Origin: a virus
Length of the DNA stretch: 64,000 bases
Strand: one strand, 5' to 3'
Virus record (IMG/VR): IMGVR_UViG_3300050343_000150
Coordinates: 1 to 64,000 of that record
Part shown: positions 44,748 through 55,159 of the stretch, one piece after another
Layout of the letters: each line of letters opens with the position of its first letter
Position numbering within the stretch: the first letter of the stretch is position 1
Position numbers and translations under genes: made by a program
Notes under the pieces: generated by a model
Told to the model about the DNA's origin: nothing
Database searches by the model: none
What the model saw: the letters and a program-made list of their open reading frames with translations, nothing else

Positions 44748-45747
44748 AATACCTCCAACATTTCCCTACACAATATCCTTGTGGGATAAGAACGTTAGTA
44801 CAACTAGGTGCATTGTATCCTTTTTCAACTATACCCCTAACATATTTTCTACTTGTCCTAACATCCCAATCCAACCACACATCTTCTTGATTAGACAGTA
44901 TTTCCAACTCAGACATTATAGTGTTAGTTATTTCTTCATTCTGCTCGGAGGATACGTTTCTGTTACCTAAACTTAGTAAGTCTCTGAACCACTGAACTAA
45001 GTATACTCTAGCATAATGACTAGGGTTCTCTACCATGACAGCATTATGTAAGCAGGGTAACATAGGTAATCTACCTACTGGTTTTGGTATTTCTATGTCT
45101 ATGTCATCCATAGATATAGGTTTCATTTCAGGAAAGACTACTAATTTTGTACCATGAGAACTTTGTATTCTTCTAGGTTTCTTAGCCATTGTTAATATTT
45201 CGGATAGGTCTTTTCTTAGGTCATCAACTAACAAAGGAATACAGAAATATGGATTACCATTTTCATCTGAACTACTAAGATTCATCGAATTAGGAAGCCT
45301 ACGTAGTCTATTAGTTTGAATACCTGTCCTATCCAATGTAGGAATATCTTCACTGATTGAGGAATAATACTGTTGAATGCCCCGGATATCATTTACTTGT
45401 TCACCAAAGACAAAGACATGGAATCCTTTACCACTAAAATACATTTTGAATATGATATCTCCTTCTATTAATTTCGATACTACCTTCTTTACGTCTCGAT
45501 ATGCATTATCTAATGGTTCATCATGTGCATCAAAATCTAAGAAAGCCCTGTCTAATATGACAGAATATTCTAATTTTATCCCATTACTAAAATCACTAAA
45601 ATCATAAACAGTTGTGTAACAATTCATCTTTCCATTGAACAGATTAAACCATTCAATAAATTCATTTTTTGTCTGTACTATCTTTCTTTTCATCTGTGGT
45701 GCGTTTCTTAGATGGCTTCCTGCCCACACTTCTCTTGGTATCTTCAT
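44731..45747 (-). CDS. Archaeo-eukaryotic primase, PriS fused to PriL-like Fe-S domain
   Basis: FLDFD, FSGKGFH, RLRRLPNS; C-terminal LPCL..., NPSHYAR, YNAPSC, YCVGKC; likely start MKIPREVW at 45747. Confidence 0.85.
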   Translation of the reverse strand: MKIPREVWAGSHLRNAPQMKRKIVQTKNEFIEWFNLFNGKMNCYTTVYDFSDFSNGIKLEYSVILDRAFLDFDAHDEPLDNAYRDVKKVVSKLIEGDIIFKMYFSGKGFHVFVFGEQVNDIRGIQQYYSSISEDIPTLDRTGIQTNRLRRLPNSMNLSSSDENGNPYFCIPLLVDDLRKDLSEILTMAKKPRRIQSSHGTKLVVFPEMKPISMDDIDIEIPKPVGRLPMLPCLHNAVMVENPSHYARVYLVQWFRDLLSLGNRNVSSEQNEEITNTIMSELEILSNQEDVWLDWDVRTSRKYVRGIVEKGYNAPSCTNVLIPQGYCVGKCWRYYDGST

Positions 45748-46036
45748 TTTTATTTTCCTCCTTAAATGAGACTTTTGCTTTGAGCAATTCTGCTCTAACA
45801 ATCTCTGCTATTTTTATTCTTAATTCTGCCATAATAGTATCCATATACAAATGGCCGAAGGGCGTTCTTTCTTCTGCGAAAACTTCTGTGTCCCATACTA
45901 ATTTTATTTTTTCAGTTGTTGGCATTTTGTCATAAACAGTTTGTGCTAAATTCTCTACTGTTTCTGACACGTTTGCAATCTCCGAAAAAGACCACACCTT
46001 TTGATTCAATTCTTGTTTAACTAATTCTTCTATCAT
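45662..46036 (-). CDS. Hypothetical protein
   Basis: 124 aa ORF in operon. Confidence 0.55.
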   Translation of the reverse strand: MIEELVKQELNQKVWSFSEIANVSETVENLAQTVYDKMPTTEKIKLVWDTEVFAEERTPFGHLYMDTIMAELRIKIAEIVRAELLKAKVSFKEENKNEDTKRSVGRKPSKKRTTDEKKDSTDKK

Positions 46037-46092
46037 TTTTTATTCCTCTCTCTATATTCTTTCTTTCTTCTAAAATATTCTTTCCACTTCAT
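46033..46092 (-). CDS. Basic 19-aa micropeptide MKWKEYFRRKKEYRERNKK
   Basis: GAGGTGG RBS before ATG; stop overlaps next ATG (ATGA). Confidence 0.45.
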   Translation of the reverse strand: MKWKEYFRRKKEYRERNKK

Positions 46093-46165
46093 TTTCTCCA
46101 CCTCTTAATTGTAGTAGATACTTTTCCTATGAAATATATTATTCGCACTGTCCATGTACCTTTCA

Positions 46166-47065
46166 TTAAAACCAACTCTCCATATTAGCCGCATCACATA
46201 TCCCAAAGAAACTACAATTAGCACATGTTTTAGCAAAATACTTTGCTGAAAATATACCCGTCTCATATGAATGTAAAAGTTGCGCTATGTTCTTTTTTAG
46301 GGAAGACATACTACTCTTTTTTACCTTCTCAATATGTATGTAGTTAGCAGCCGGATAATACCAGCCCCAATGTGATATTGGTATTTCGGGGTCTAATCCC
46401 ATTGCTATCAATTTATCCTCAGGTGTATTTTCAAATAACAATTGGTAGAATGCCATTTCTTTCCTCATCATGGTAGTTTTCCAATCTTTCCACCCACCTG
46501 TTTTCAACTCCATTGGTATGTACATGTTACCCTCTTGAAACATTCTATCAATAATACCTTGCAAATGTACTACGTAGTCTTGCTTCAATTCAAACTTAGG
46601 GTGTGTATTTTTATCTATCACAACCTTCGCATCTAACATTATTTCATTAATTACTGGTAGAAACTTATCGGTTGTTCCTTCTGTAACAGATTCCATAAAC
46701 CTATTCGCCTCGAAAATTGACATGGCTTCATACATTTCTGTGTTATCGTCAATTGGATGCAAACTCATACAATAGTTGATTAACTCATTATGTGATAGAG
46801 ATTCTGCTTTTTTAACATCAAAGGTATTAAAGAAATCTTCTCTAGCATTATGCACTAAAGTACCTATCAACATAACTGGCGTTGAATCTATTGGTAGTCC
46901 TTCTTTATATTGAAACTCATATCTTTTAGGACACCAATTATATGAACCCATAGAAGATTTAGATATCTTCAGAATAGGTTCTGTTCGTTTAGCATCATCA
47001 CTTGTGTAAGTTTCAGGATTCCACTGATATGTATATTCATTTGTGTTACTACTTCTTCTACTCAT
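46166..47065 (-). CDS. Cas4-like PD-(D/E)xK exonuclease
   Basis: ISKS...WCP, GTLVH, LQGIIDR, ELKTG, C-terminal CANCSFFGIC. Confidence 0.85.
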   Translation of the reverse strand: MSRRSSNTNEYTYQWNPETYTSDDAKRTEPILKISKSSMGSYNWCPKRYEFQYKEGLPIDSTPVMLIGTLVHNAREDFFNTFDVKKAESLSHNELINYCMSLHPIDDNTEMYEAMSIFEANRFMESVTEGTTDKFLPVINEIMLDAKVVIDKNTHPKFELKQDYVVHLQGIIDRMFQEGNMYIPMELKTGGWKDWKTTMMRKEMAFYQLLFENTPEDKLIAMGLDPEIPISHWGWYYPAANYIHIEKVKKSSMSSLKKNIAQLLHSYETGIFSAKYFAKTCANCSFFGICDAANMESWF

Positions 47066-47492
47066 TTTTATTCCTCTGTGTCATTACTTTTGTTAAATCT
47101 TGCATAAAGATATTCATGCAATCAACACATGTACAATCTTTACTATGTTGTTTAATTTCAACAACGGTAGTATTCATTTTTTTCGCTTCTTCGATTAGAT
47201 TTGAAGGAGGTTTTGATATAAGTGTAATTACACCTTTATCATAAGTCAATCCAATATATTCTCTTGAATCAAAGAATATATTTTGTTTCTTATCACGATT
47301 AACTATTACTGTTTTATTTTTTCTAGATGATAGTTTTGTTTTAACCTTACCAATATCAGACTTAATTTCTTTTTTATAGAAAGAAAACCAGTCTTTAATC
47401 CATGTTGAAAAAGAAGATGTGCGTTTTTTTATATTATCCACTCTTCTCTTATTAGTCCATGATAGACTACTGTATAAATTATCTAAAACCAT
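47058..47492 (-). CDS. Hypothetical basic protein with HxxxCxCxxC
   Basis: 144 aa ORF overlapping both neighbours. Confidence 0.5.
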   Translation of the reverse strand: MVLDNLYSSLSWTNKRRVDNIKKRTSSFSTWIKDWFSFYKKEIKSDIGKVKTKLSSRKNKTVIVNRDKKQNIFFDSREYIGLTYDKGVITLISKPPSNLIEEAKKMNTTVVEIKQHSKDCTCVDCMNIFMQDLTKVMTQRNKNE

Positions 47493-48364
47493 TCTTCCAA
47501 ACTCCTTTGATTAACGTCTCGCATAATTTGTAGTGTGTTCCATCCCATTGCATTGAATACTGGTTCAGCCTTTTTAACGACTGATTCAGCATAATGTCTC
47601 CAATCAGGAGTAAACTGATTGAATTTATCTGCCGTTAATAGTGAAATATAGTTAGGAACAACTGTTTTACCAGTTATTGGATTATAGTAATTATTGTTAC
47701 AATCCTTGATTCTAATATAAAGATAAGAATCTTCTATTGGTTCATATCCTAATTTATGGTTGAATAGTACACCTTCAATACCCGAACCAATTGTGGGTCT
47801 TTTTCCACCAATAGTTTGGAAGGACTTGGGTGCAGCACAACATTCTTCTTCCATTAATTCAAAAATTGTACTTGTCTTTCTACAATTTTGACAGACAACC
47901 TTAAATCTTTCTTCGCGATATCTACTTCGCTTGATAATATCTGATAATGGTATCTGTCCATGCATAACAGAATTATATTTCTCATTTAAGTAAGAAACTA
48001 TTTCTTGTTCAGGTATATTGTTAACCCATTTTTTGAGAAGACTGATTTGCGTTTCCTTGGCTAATTTAGTTGAAGAAACTCTTTTAGCAGTGAAACCTGT
48101 CATAACAAATTCCTCTTCTTCTAAGAAGTCCCCATCTTTCCAAGTAATTAACCCTGCATTTCTATTTTTAGTAGCCCCTACACCTAATGATTTGAAGTAT
48201 TTTTCAAATTCTAAGGTTACAGGATGTTCTTTCAGACCCATAACATTGGGAAATAGTTCTCTAACATGTTCATTTAACACTACTAGTGCTTTTTCGGCAG
48301 TTTCAATGTTATTATCTTCTATTTTTACATAAATAGAATCAGTATGTCCATACACTACCTTCAT
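47483..48364 (-). CDS. polB: Family B DNA polymerase, C-terminal subunit
   Basis: VVYGHTDSIYV (motif C), LEFEKYF, KNRNAG, CQNC..CC insert, C-terminal QRSLEEWF PIP box. Confidence 0.88.
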   Translation of the reverse strand: MKVVYGHTDSIYVKIEDNNIETAEKALVVLNEHVRELFPNVMGLKEHPVTLEFEKYFKSLGVGATKNRNAGLITWKDGDFLEEEEFVMTGFTAKRVSSTKLAKETQISLLKKWVNNIPEQEIVSYLNEKYNSVMHGQIPLSDIIKRSRYREERFKVVCQNCRKTSTIFELMEEECCAAPKSFQTIGGKRPTIGSGIEGVLFNHKLGYEPIEDSYLYIRIKDCNNNYYNPITGKTVVPNYISLLTADKFNQFTPDWRHYAESVVKKAEPVFNAMGWNTLQIMRDVNQRSLEEWF

Positions 48365-48567
48365 ATTAAGTTCACATCCTGTAATAGTGATATCGCACCA
48401 TATAAAAAGATAAAAACGATAGAAATCTTTGTAAATATTCTAAATACAGTATTAATATCTTTAAAAATCTGAATTGCTATCTGTTTTCTTAGTTCAAAAG
48501 GAGATAATTCTTCTTTTTCTTCTAAAAGAGACTCAGATAATTTTATTTCTGCGGTTTCAATAGGCAT
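48361..48567 (-). CDS. Small membrane protein between the two polB halves
   Basis: 68 aa, ISIVFIFLYGAISLL; overlaps both flanking genes. Confidence 0.6.
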   Translation of the reverse strand: MPIETAEIKLSESLLEEKEELSPFELRKQIAIQIFKDINTVFRIFTKISIVFIFLYGAISLLQDVNLI

Positions 48568-50300
48568 TTATATCCCTCACTTTGAAAGCGGCGGCTCTGA
48601 TTGCTTCTCTAGCACTAGCAGTAATACTAGCGGCTAAATCAACATTGGCCCAACCAAATCCCTGATACGCAATAATACCGTAGAAAGATGCAGATCAAGC
48701 CGTTTTACTGCTAACTGATTATTATTCCATTTAATGTATTCATCTTTAGTTGTTGCTTCTTTCATCTTTTTCTTATACTCGTTTCTTAAATCTTTAAGTT
48801 CAAGAACGGCTTTAGGTAGTACAGACCTAATTTGTCTGTTTTGTAATATCATCATCTCTTCTCTAGTAACTTCACTAGAAATCTTTAGGTATTTTTATAT
48901 TAACACCAAACTCTGTTACTACGTCTGGATTTAGTCTCCCATGAAATATTTCGTGCTATCATCATAGAGGATATAGTCCAGCAAAGTCAAATGCGGCTAC
49001 ACCCTGATGGAGTCCATTAGTACCCTCACTCAATGGGTCATATACCATTGCCCCATCATAGTTTATTCTGTCACCTTTCCTCCCCCGTAGGTGCTTTCCA
49101 AGTAGCATTACGCATGAAATATATTCCTCCCATGTTGCTTGCATAGAAACATGCATCAAATGGTGCTTTCAATAATCGTTGTAATGAGAGAACAGCGTCA
49201 ACACAATGATTCTATTCATCAATTCTTTTGATTAACTCAACATCCTTGAAAGCATATTCTAGATAGGTATCTGAATCTTCTAACCATGCCCTTCTAAAGA
49301 ACTCATTCTTATCAGGAAACTTCTCACTTACTAACTTAACATCACCAAGTACACTTTCTGAAACATAGTCCAAAGAAAGTGAAGGTAAAGTTCCACGTTG
49401 AGCATCATTCCATTGTCGCTCGAACACTAAATCAAGTGCTACTGTAATCATACCTTTAATTGGTTGAGATACAGGAGAGTAACCTTCTACTCTTGACTTC
49501 CATATAGTTGGCTTGTTCTTCTTCCAACCAATACCAGTTATCTCATCAAATGGAGATAGTAGTCTTGGGTCTATTCCATGATGTACCATTCTAGTCAATA
49601 GTACAGGTATGTCGAACTTCCATCCAAACCATGAGATAAGCATATCAGGTTCTTTGTCCATAGCAAATGCTAGAAATCCTGTAAGCATATTATGCTCTCC
49701 TGTATATCTATGAAGAATGAAGTTATCATTATCTTTCAATACTACATGTTTCCTAGCCTCTGAAAGATCAGGATACCAAGCAAATACATGATACTCATCA
49801 TCATAGTTATCGTATATTACAATACAAGTAATTGCTTCATCATACTTACCACCTTGTTGCCATTCCATATCCCAATACCATCTACGTAAGTTTTGTTCAG
49901 GTATTTCTTTTACTTCATCGACTGCATATCTATAATGATGTTGAACATCACCCTCATATGTTTTCATACCTCTAGCCTCTAGAACTATTCTTACATCTTT
50001 AGCATATTTAGGATGTTTGGGTTGCCAAGTTACTTTGACTAGTTCTTCATTATCTAAGTTAACCCAATCACCATTCGTATAACTTACAACTAACTTGTAG
50101 TGTGAGTTTGCTCCACCCCACTTTTCCTTGAGATATATATCTTCATTTAACTTATTATCTTGGTCAGGACTAAATACGTCAACTGCTCTAACAAAGAAAT
50201 ACGGAGAGAAGTCGTCATGAGAAATTGTATTCTCACAACGTACTCCTTCTACGTCTCTCCATCTAAGATGGATGCCTTGTTCTGTATCTGTAATTATCAT
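48557..50300 (-). CDS. polB: Family B DNA polymerase, N-terminal subunit (exonuclease plus motifs A and B), frameshifted
   Basis: YWDMEW, SWFGWKFDIP, LDYVS, YAFKDV; AFDFAGLYP; QLAVKR...SFYG; GWANVDLAASITASAREAI ending INAY* at 48557. Confidence 0.85.
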
Positions 50301-50304
50301 TTTA

Positions 50305-51069
50305 TCATCCTGTAATATACGGTGCTTTAATTAAGATTTTATTCTCTGCTGTCCAAATAACAGGAGACTCATCTTTTAGATAAATTGTGACTGGTACAAT
50401 ACCACGAAAGAATTTGTGGAACTGTCCTGTTACCTCAACCGTAGATGGGTCGCCTTCTATGTTTAGATGATTTAATTCTGTTACAATTTTATCAACAGAT
50501 GATGCACCTTTTTGACTACCTAGAGTTAATGTATTACCATTGTAATCAAATAGATATCTAGCATTGTTAATAGTGTCACATCTTTTTACTGCATCTGTAA
50601 GGAAGGAAGAAGATGTATTGATTATTGTTTCAAAGGTTACATTACTAAACACGGGACTTTCCTGTGTAATATTATATCCTTGAATCCTAGCAATCATTGC
50701 AGAATTAGGATGATGTAATACTATCGGAAGTGTTGCTGTACTAACACCATCCGACAGTACAATATAATCATCAATATCTAATAGAGTGGTTTCGTTATAT
50801 GTTTTAAGATATGTTAACATCTTATCAATTTCAACCACAGTCATAGACTGTTCTGCTCCACCTAACCATTCATCTACATTTATGATAACTCTACATAACG
50901 TAGTCATGTCAGCGTTGTATAATGCTAGTTGTGTTTCACCAACCATTTCTAACATTGCATAATTTGAAAGTTCACTGTTTTTAGCAGACTCCCCATTATG
51001 ATACTTGCCTTTCATTTGTACATCTTGTAGTGCTTCACTCAATACTTTTGTCATTATTCTCATTTTCAT
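50305..51069 (-). CDS. pcn: PCNA-like DNA sliding clamp
   Basis: 254 aa, next to polB; alternating beta/alpha pattern; ends PVIW...ILIKAP. Confidence 0.7.
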   Translation of the reverse strand: MKMRIMTKVLSEALQDVQMKGKYHNGESAKNSELSNYAMLEMVGETQLALYNADMTTLCRVIINVDEWLGGAEQSMTVVEIDKMLTYLKTYNETTLLDIDDYIVLSDGVSTATLPIVLHHPNSAMIARIQGYNITQESPVFSNVTFETIINTSSSFLTDAVKRCDTINNARYLFDYNGNTLTLGSQKGASSVDKIVTELNHLNIEGDPSTVEVTGQFHKFFRGIVPVTIYLKDESPVIWTAENKILIKAPYITG

Positions 51070-51081
51070 ATTTATTCCTCA

Positions 51082-51954
51082 TTATATTTCACCCGCCTTA
51101 ATTTCGGGGAAACCAATCCATTCAACCGTACCATCGTTTATTGACAATACTTTTCTTCTTTTACCAATCAACTGTGGCATTTTAGCACTAGCCTCAACTG
51201 TTGCAGTATATTCTGCTCCGTTTTTACGTAAGTCCCTTTTCATTCTAATTGTAGCAGTAAAGATATCTTCAGTCGTAGAATGCCAATTTGCTTCTACTCC
51301 AATAGGATTTGGTGTGCCACCATATTTATCTTTAGAATGTGCTATTACTATTCTATGACACGGCATTTCTAATATTTGCTTGTGTAAGAAGTTCTTGTAG
51401 GGAGTATTTCTATCTCCCCAAACATACGGAGGTTGCTTAATTACTGTGTCAGCATCCATCTTGTGTTTATTTCGCATATATGTTTCACATACATCAGTTA
51501 GAAGTTTATCTGCTCCGTCAACTATTACTGCTTTTAACTTATCATCGGCAAGATATTCTTTTGCTAATGCATAAAAAGCCCTAGCGTTATCCATAGTTTC
51601 ATCGAAGTCTACTAAACTCTCATCTTTCCTAACAATAGGATTGTACACAATAATATTTTCTATATTATTATAGTGGTTTCTTTTGACATCGATTGCTCTA
51701 TTATCAAAATCAAATATTAATACATGCATTCCGTTTTTGATATCTTCTTCTGTTAAGATATCCATAGCCGTTGCTGACTTTGCAGATTTAGGTTCACCCC
51801 AAATACCTAAGCACAGGTACGATTTATTATTCTCCTGTACTTCCTTTATCCTAGCCAACATTGCTTTCTTTCGAAGAGCATAGTTTCCTTCTGCGTTCTG
51901 TTGTGTGTTTACTGCTGTTTTACCTTGTGTTTCCCAACTCATATTTATCACCAT
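51082..51954 (-). CDS. RecA-fold P-loop ATPase (Sak4/AAA_24-like recombination protein)
   Basis: GIWGEPKSAKS, IFDFD, AVIVDG, IVIAH. Confidence 0.7.
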   Translation of the reverse strand: MVINMSWETQGKTAVNTQQNAEGNYALRKKAMLARIKEVQENNKSYLCLGIWGEPKSAKSATAMDILTEEDIKNGMHVLIFDFDNRAIDVKRNHYNNIENIIVYNPIVRKDESLVDFDETMDNARAFYALAKEYLADDKLKAVIVDGADKLLTDVCETYMRNKHKMDADTVIKQPPYVWGDRNTPYKNFLHKQILEMPCHRIVIAHSKDKYGGTPNPIGVEANWHSTTEDIFTATIRMKRDLRKNGAEYTATVEASAKMPQLIGKRRKVLSINDGTVEWIGFPEIKAGEI

Positions 51955-52192
51955 ATTTATTCATATTAAATTGAATCCCTCTCCATACCCCCAATATATG
52001 GTTGAGTTCATCGATAGTTACTTTTAACCGGACATCCTTCTGACTGAAATGTAATTTACACCAGTACTCAGAAGTTTCTCCATTGAATTTCCATGTGATG
52101 AAATCCACGTTCTCCATAGGGATAGCATAACTAACCCCATGAAGAGTCATGGATTCACCATCAGGACTCATTGATATTGTATATTCAGACAT
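51920..52192 (-). CDS. Hypothetical protein
   Basis: 90 aa ORF in operon. Confidence 0.55.
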   Translation of the reverse strand: MSEYTISMSPDGESMTLHGVSYAIPMENVDFITWKFNGETSEYWCKLHFSQKDVRLKVTIDELNHILGVWRGIQFNMNKYGDKYELGNTR

Positions 52193-52201
52193 TATAATCC
52201 C

Positions 52202-53426
52202 TCAATCAAAGAACCAACTGTCTTCATCTTCTTCTACGAAATCAATCTGTTCAGGACTTCCGCCTCTGTTTGTTACAACATATATTCCATTTACATTAAT
52301 AGTAGTAGGATTTGGCGCACCTGTTTCATCTCTAGATTGAGATGTTCTACCTACAACGATAACATTAGAACCGATTCCAAAGTCAATATTTACATTAGAA
52401 GGAATCCAACATGTAGTTCCACTCCAACCTTCATTATCGAAATCGAAGTCAGTGTTTAAATCATCTAGATTGATAATACGATTACCATTGCTTGTTGGTG
52501 TCATGTTGATACTAGTTACACTTCCGTCAGTGAAAACGAATCTATCAGCATATGCCTTTGACATAACTTGACTATGATATCTATCTAAGTCTACTAATGG
52601 ACTGTAATTACCTTCACAGTATTGCATAATAGAATCTTGTAGTGATATTGAATCTACATTTCTTTTCATTTCTGAACCATCAGGTAAATCTATATTGTAT
52701 ACTAGTGATTCTAGTGTCTGTGTAGTTCCACCACTAATTGCTTCTTTGTTAAAGGAATTAGGTATACATGTAAAGTGTACAAATTCGAAGGTTTTAGGTT
52801 GGAAAGTCTTCGAAGAATCTCCCTTGTATGAGAAAAACCATTTCCCCATTACACCATCAACTTCTCCCAAAAATACTCCACTTCTTCTATATTCTACCTT
52901 AGGTAGAGGTTTACCATAGTTTTTATTCCAATCACCTTGTCTAGTATCTAATGGTACTATAAACTGTTGAGTATCTACTTCAACATGATTAGCAGGTAAA
53001 TTATCCATTACTCGAATTACCTCTTCATTGTCTTTCATCATTCTTCCTTCGTATCCTTCGTCAAGTTGCGTGAAAATAGCAATCTTACCTAGGTCATATG
53101 TTGTAGCACTATCACGCATGTATTCATTTGTGATTCTCTCACGGTTCATCTTAGCCATATCTCTAGCATCATCTAGAGCAATAAAGAAGCCAAATGCTGG
53201 CTTGAACAAACTGTTACTTGATTGTTGTTGTGTGTTCTGTCTTTTCATTGCGTTTCTAGAATTGCTGAAGAATTGTCTCCAAAGTCCCCTTGCTAGAAGG
53301 GGTTCTTGTGACGCATCTACTGAGTTCTTAGAGCATATCTCCTCGAACTTACTCAGTTGCATCTGACTCGGACATACCGAGCAGTTCTGCTGCTTTCCTT
53401 ATTTCATTCATTATTTCATCATTCAT
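52202..53426 (-). CDS. Putative OB-fold ssDNA-binding protein (RPA-like); indel near 5' end
   Basis: FTDGSVTSI...INLDD...GSNVIVVGRTSQ...INVNGIY OB-like C-terminus; acidic tail EEDEDSWFFD; upstream MNDEIMNEIRKAAELLG in a shifted frame. Confidence 0.6.
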
Positions 53427-53428
53427 AT

Positions 53429-53661
53429 TTATTTCTCCTTGTTTTTCATTTGTTTTATTTCTACCAATCCTTCTGTTAGCATGACTAAGCCACACAATAT
53501 CCAAAAGAAATTGGAATCTACGCTAATATAATTTAACGTGTTTAATACTGGTAGTACTATTAGCAACGCACCACCTAACACTATAATCTCATATCTCAAG
53601 TAAAAGATGTTACATCATCTTGGTCTACGACTCCATCTTTATTAATATCTAATTTACTCAT
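53429..53661 (-). CDS. Small two-TM membrane protein with N-terminal DINKDGVVD motif (frameshifted)
   Basis: MSKLDINKDGVVD; IIVLGGALLIVLPVL; FFWILCGLVMLTEGL. Confidence 0.45.
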
Positions 53662-53745
53662 TTTTTACCATCTGTTTCTAGGACCATTATCTAACATTTT
53701 AATTAATAATTCTCAATCCAATACAACCCTAAAATAACTCTATCA

Positions 53746-54664
53746 TTAAATCATCTGTCCTATCATCCAAGATGCCAAGCACTTTTGGAGTCATATTATT
53801 ACTCCTCCATTCAGCCTCCCCGATAACGAAGCAATTTGAACTTCTTGGCGGATTGCATGTCTGTTTTTATAACAACATCATGTAAATTAATACATATAGT
53901 CTTCATATCAACGGAATCGTAAATCAATTTATGCACCTTCTCTAAAGCATTTTCATAGTTATTTTCATTTATCATTTTAATATTTCAGAGTATACGGTTC
54001 TAAATTTTTGTCTATTTGACTATTGAGAGAGCTTCTTACTGTTGGATGCAGCCTGTAATTCAGTCAGCCCTCGTCTCATGTCACCCATGCAAATCTATAA
54101 TAAACCTTTCTAAATCATCTTCGGGAATATGTGCATTTATTTCTTCTTTTCCAAAATTTCGTTAGAAATATCTAATGCATAGTTCTTTTATTCAATCTTT
54201 AAAATTATAGTTAGCACATCTTGATTGTAAAGGGTGTAATAATTTTATGTCTATCATTACAGGTAATGATGAACCTACAATTATCTGCATACCTTTCCAT
54301 AATTCTCTTCAATGCATTTTGTGCATCTTTAGTCATACCATCCATCTCATCTAATAAGAATAATCTTAAATGGAACATCACCTATCTTTTAGTAGAAGCT
54401 ATTTCTTTGATTTGGTTTCTTACTGTTTCTAACCTTCCTATCATCAGAAGCATTAATCTCAAAGAAGTTATTTTCTTTGTGTTCCTTTAATAAGTCATTT
54501 GCTAGTGCTATACCTGCCGCAGTTTTACCTACTCCGGCTATACCGAATAACAATACATTGGGCATGTTATTATTCTCTACCCAACTTTCAGCGTCAATTG
54601 TGAAAGCATATTGTCCTACTACATCTGCTAACTTAGTTGGCCTGTATTTCTCTGTCCATAACAT
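53746..54664 (-). CDS. rfcS: Replication factor C small subunit (clamp loader), frameshifted
   Basis: LWTEKYRP, GIAGVGKT, EINASDDR, LDEMDGMTKDAQNALKRIME, QSRC. Confidence 0.9.
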
Positions 54665-55143
54665 TATACCACTACCCTGAACCATGTTGGGGTTTCTGTT
54701 TTCCAAGTTGCAATGTGAGATTTTTCTATCATGTAGTAGTCTCGATATGCCTTAACAGCAGTAGTATCTCTACAATAATCGGGCATTGCTTGCGCGAATG
54801 GTGTTAGTCCTATGTCCGGTAGTACGGAAAGAAGACTATCCCAAACTGGATTGTATTCTTTAATTACCAGTTCACACTTGTGTATCTTATTATATCTCTT
54901 GGTGTACTCATGACACAATGCAATTGCATGTGTTTTAAGCCATTCAAAATTCTGCTTGGATTCTCTAGCCCAAATAGTACAGGGATGATTTAACATTACA
55001 GGTTTGTAAGGACTATCAAATCCTAAGTGGTCTGCAATAGTTGACATCATCTGTAAACTTTCTGTGGGCATTTTGACTGCGTGTTTATCTAACACATACG
55101 TTGCTGCTATTTTCGGGTTTTCATCTAATACAAATATATTCAT
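54664..55143 (-). CDS. Pyrimidine-dimer DNA glycosylase/DenV-like family protein
   Basis: MNIFVLD...DKHAVKM..ESLQMMST, NHPCTIWARES, EYTKRY.KIH, FAQAMP. Confidence 0.7.
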   Translation of the reverse strand: MNIFVLDENPKIAATYVLDKHAVKMPTESLQMMSTIADHLGFDSPYKPVMLNHPCTIWARESKQNFEWLKTHAIALCHEYTKRYNKIHKCELVIKEYNPVWDSLLSVLPDIGLTPFAQAMPDYCRDTTAVKAYRDYYMIEKSHIATWKTETPTWFRVVV

Positions 55144-55159
55144 TTTTATTCCTCATTTA

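Noticed and set aside
46166-47065. Cas4-like gene as a sign of a CRISPR-Cas system
   Set aside because: No cas1/cas2 or repeat-spacer array; stand-alone Cas4-like nucleases are common in archaeal viruses
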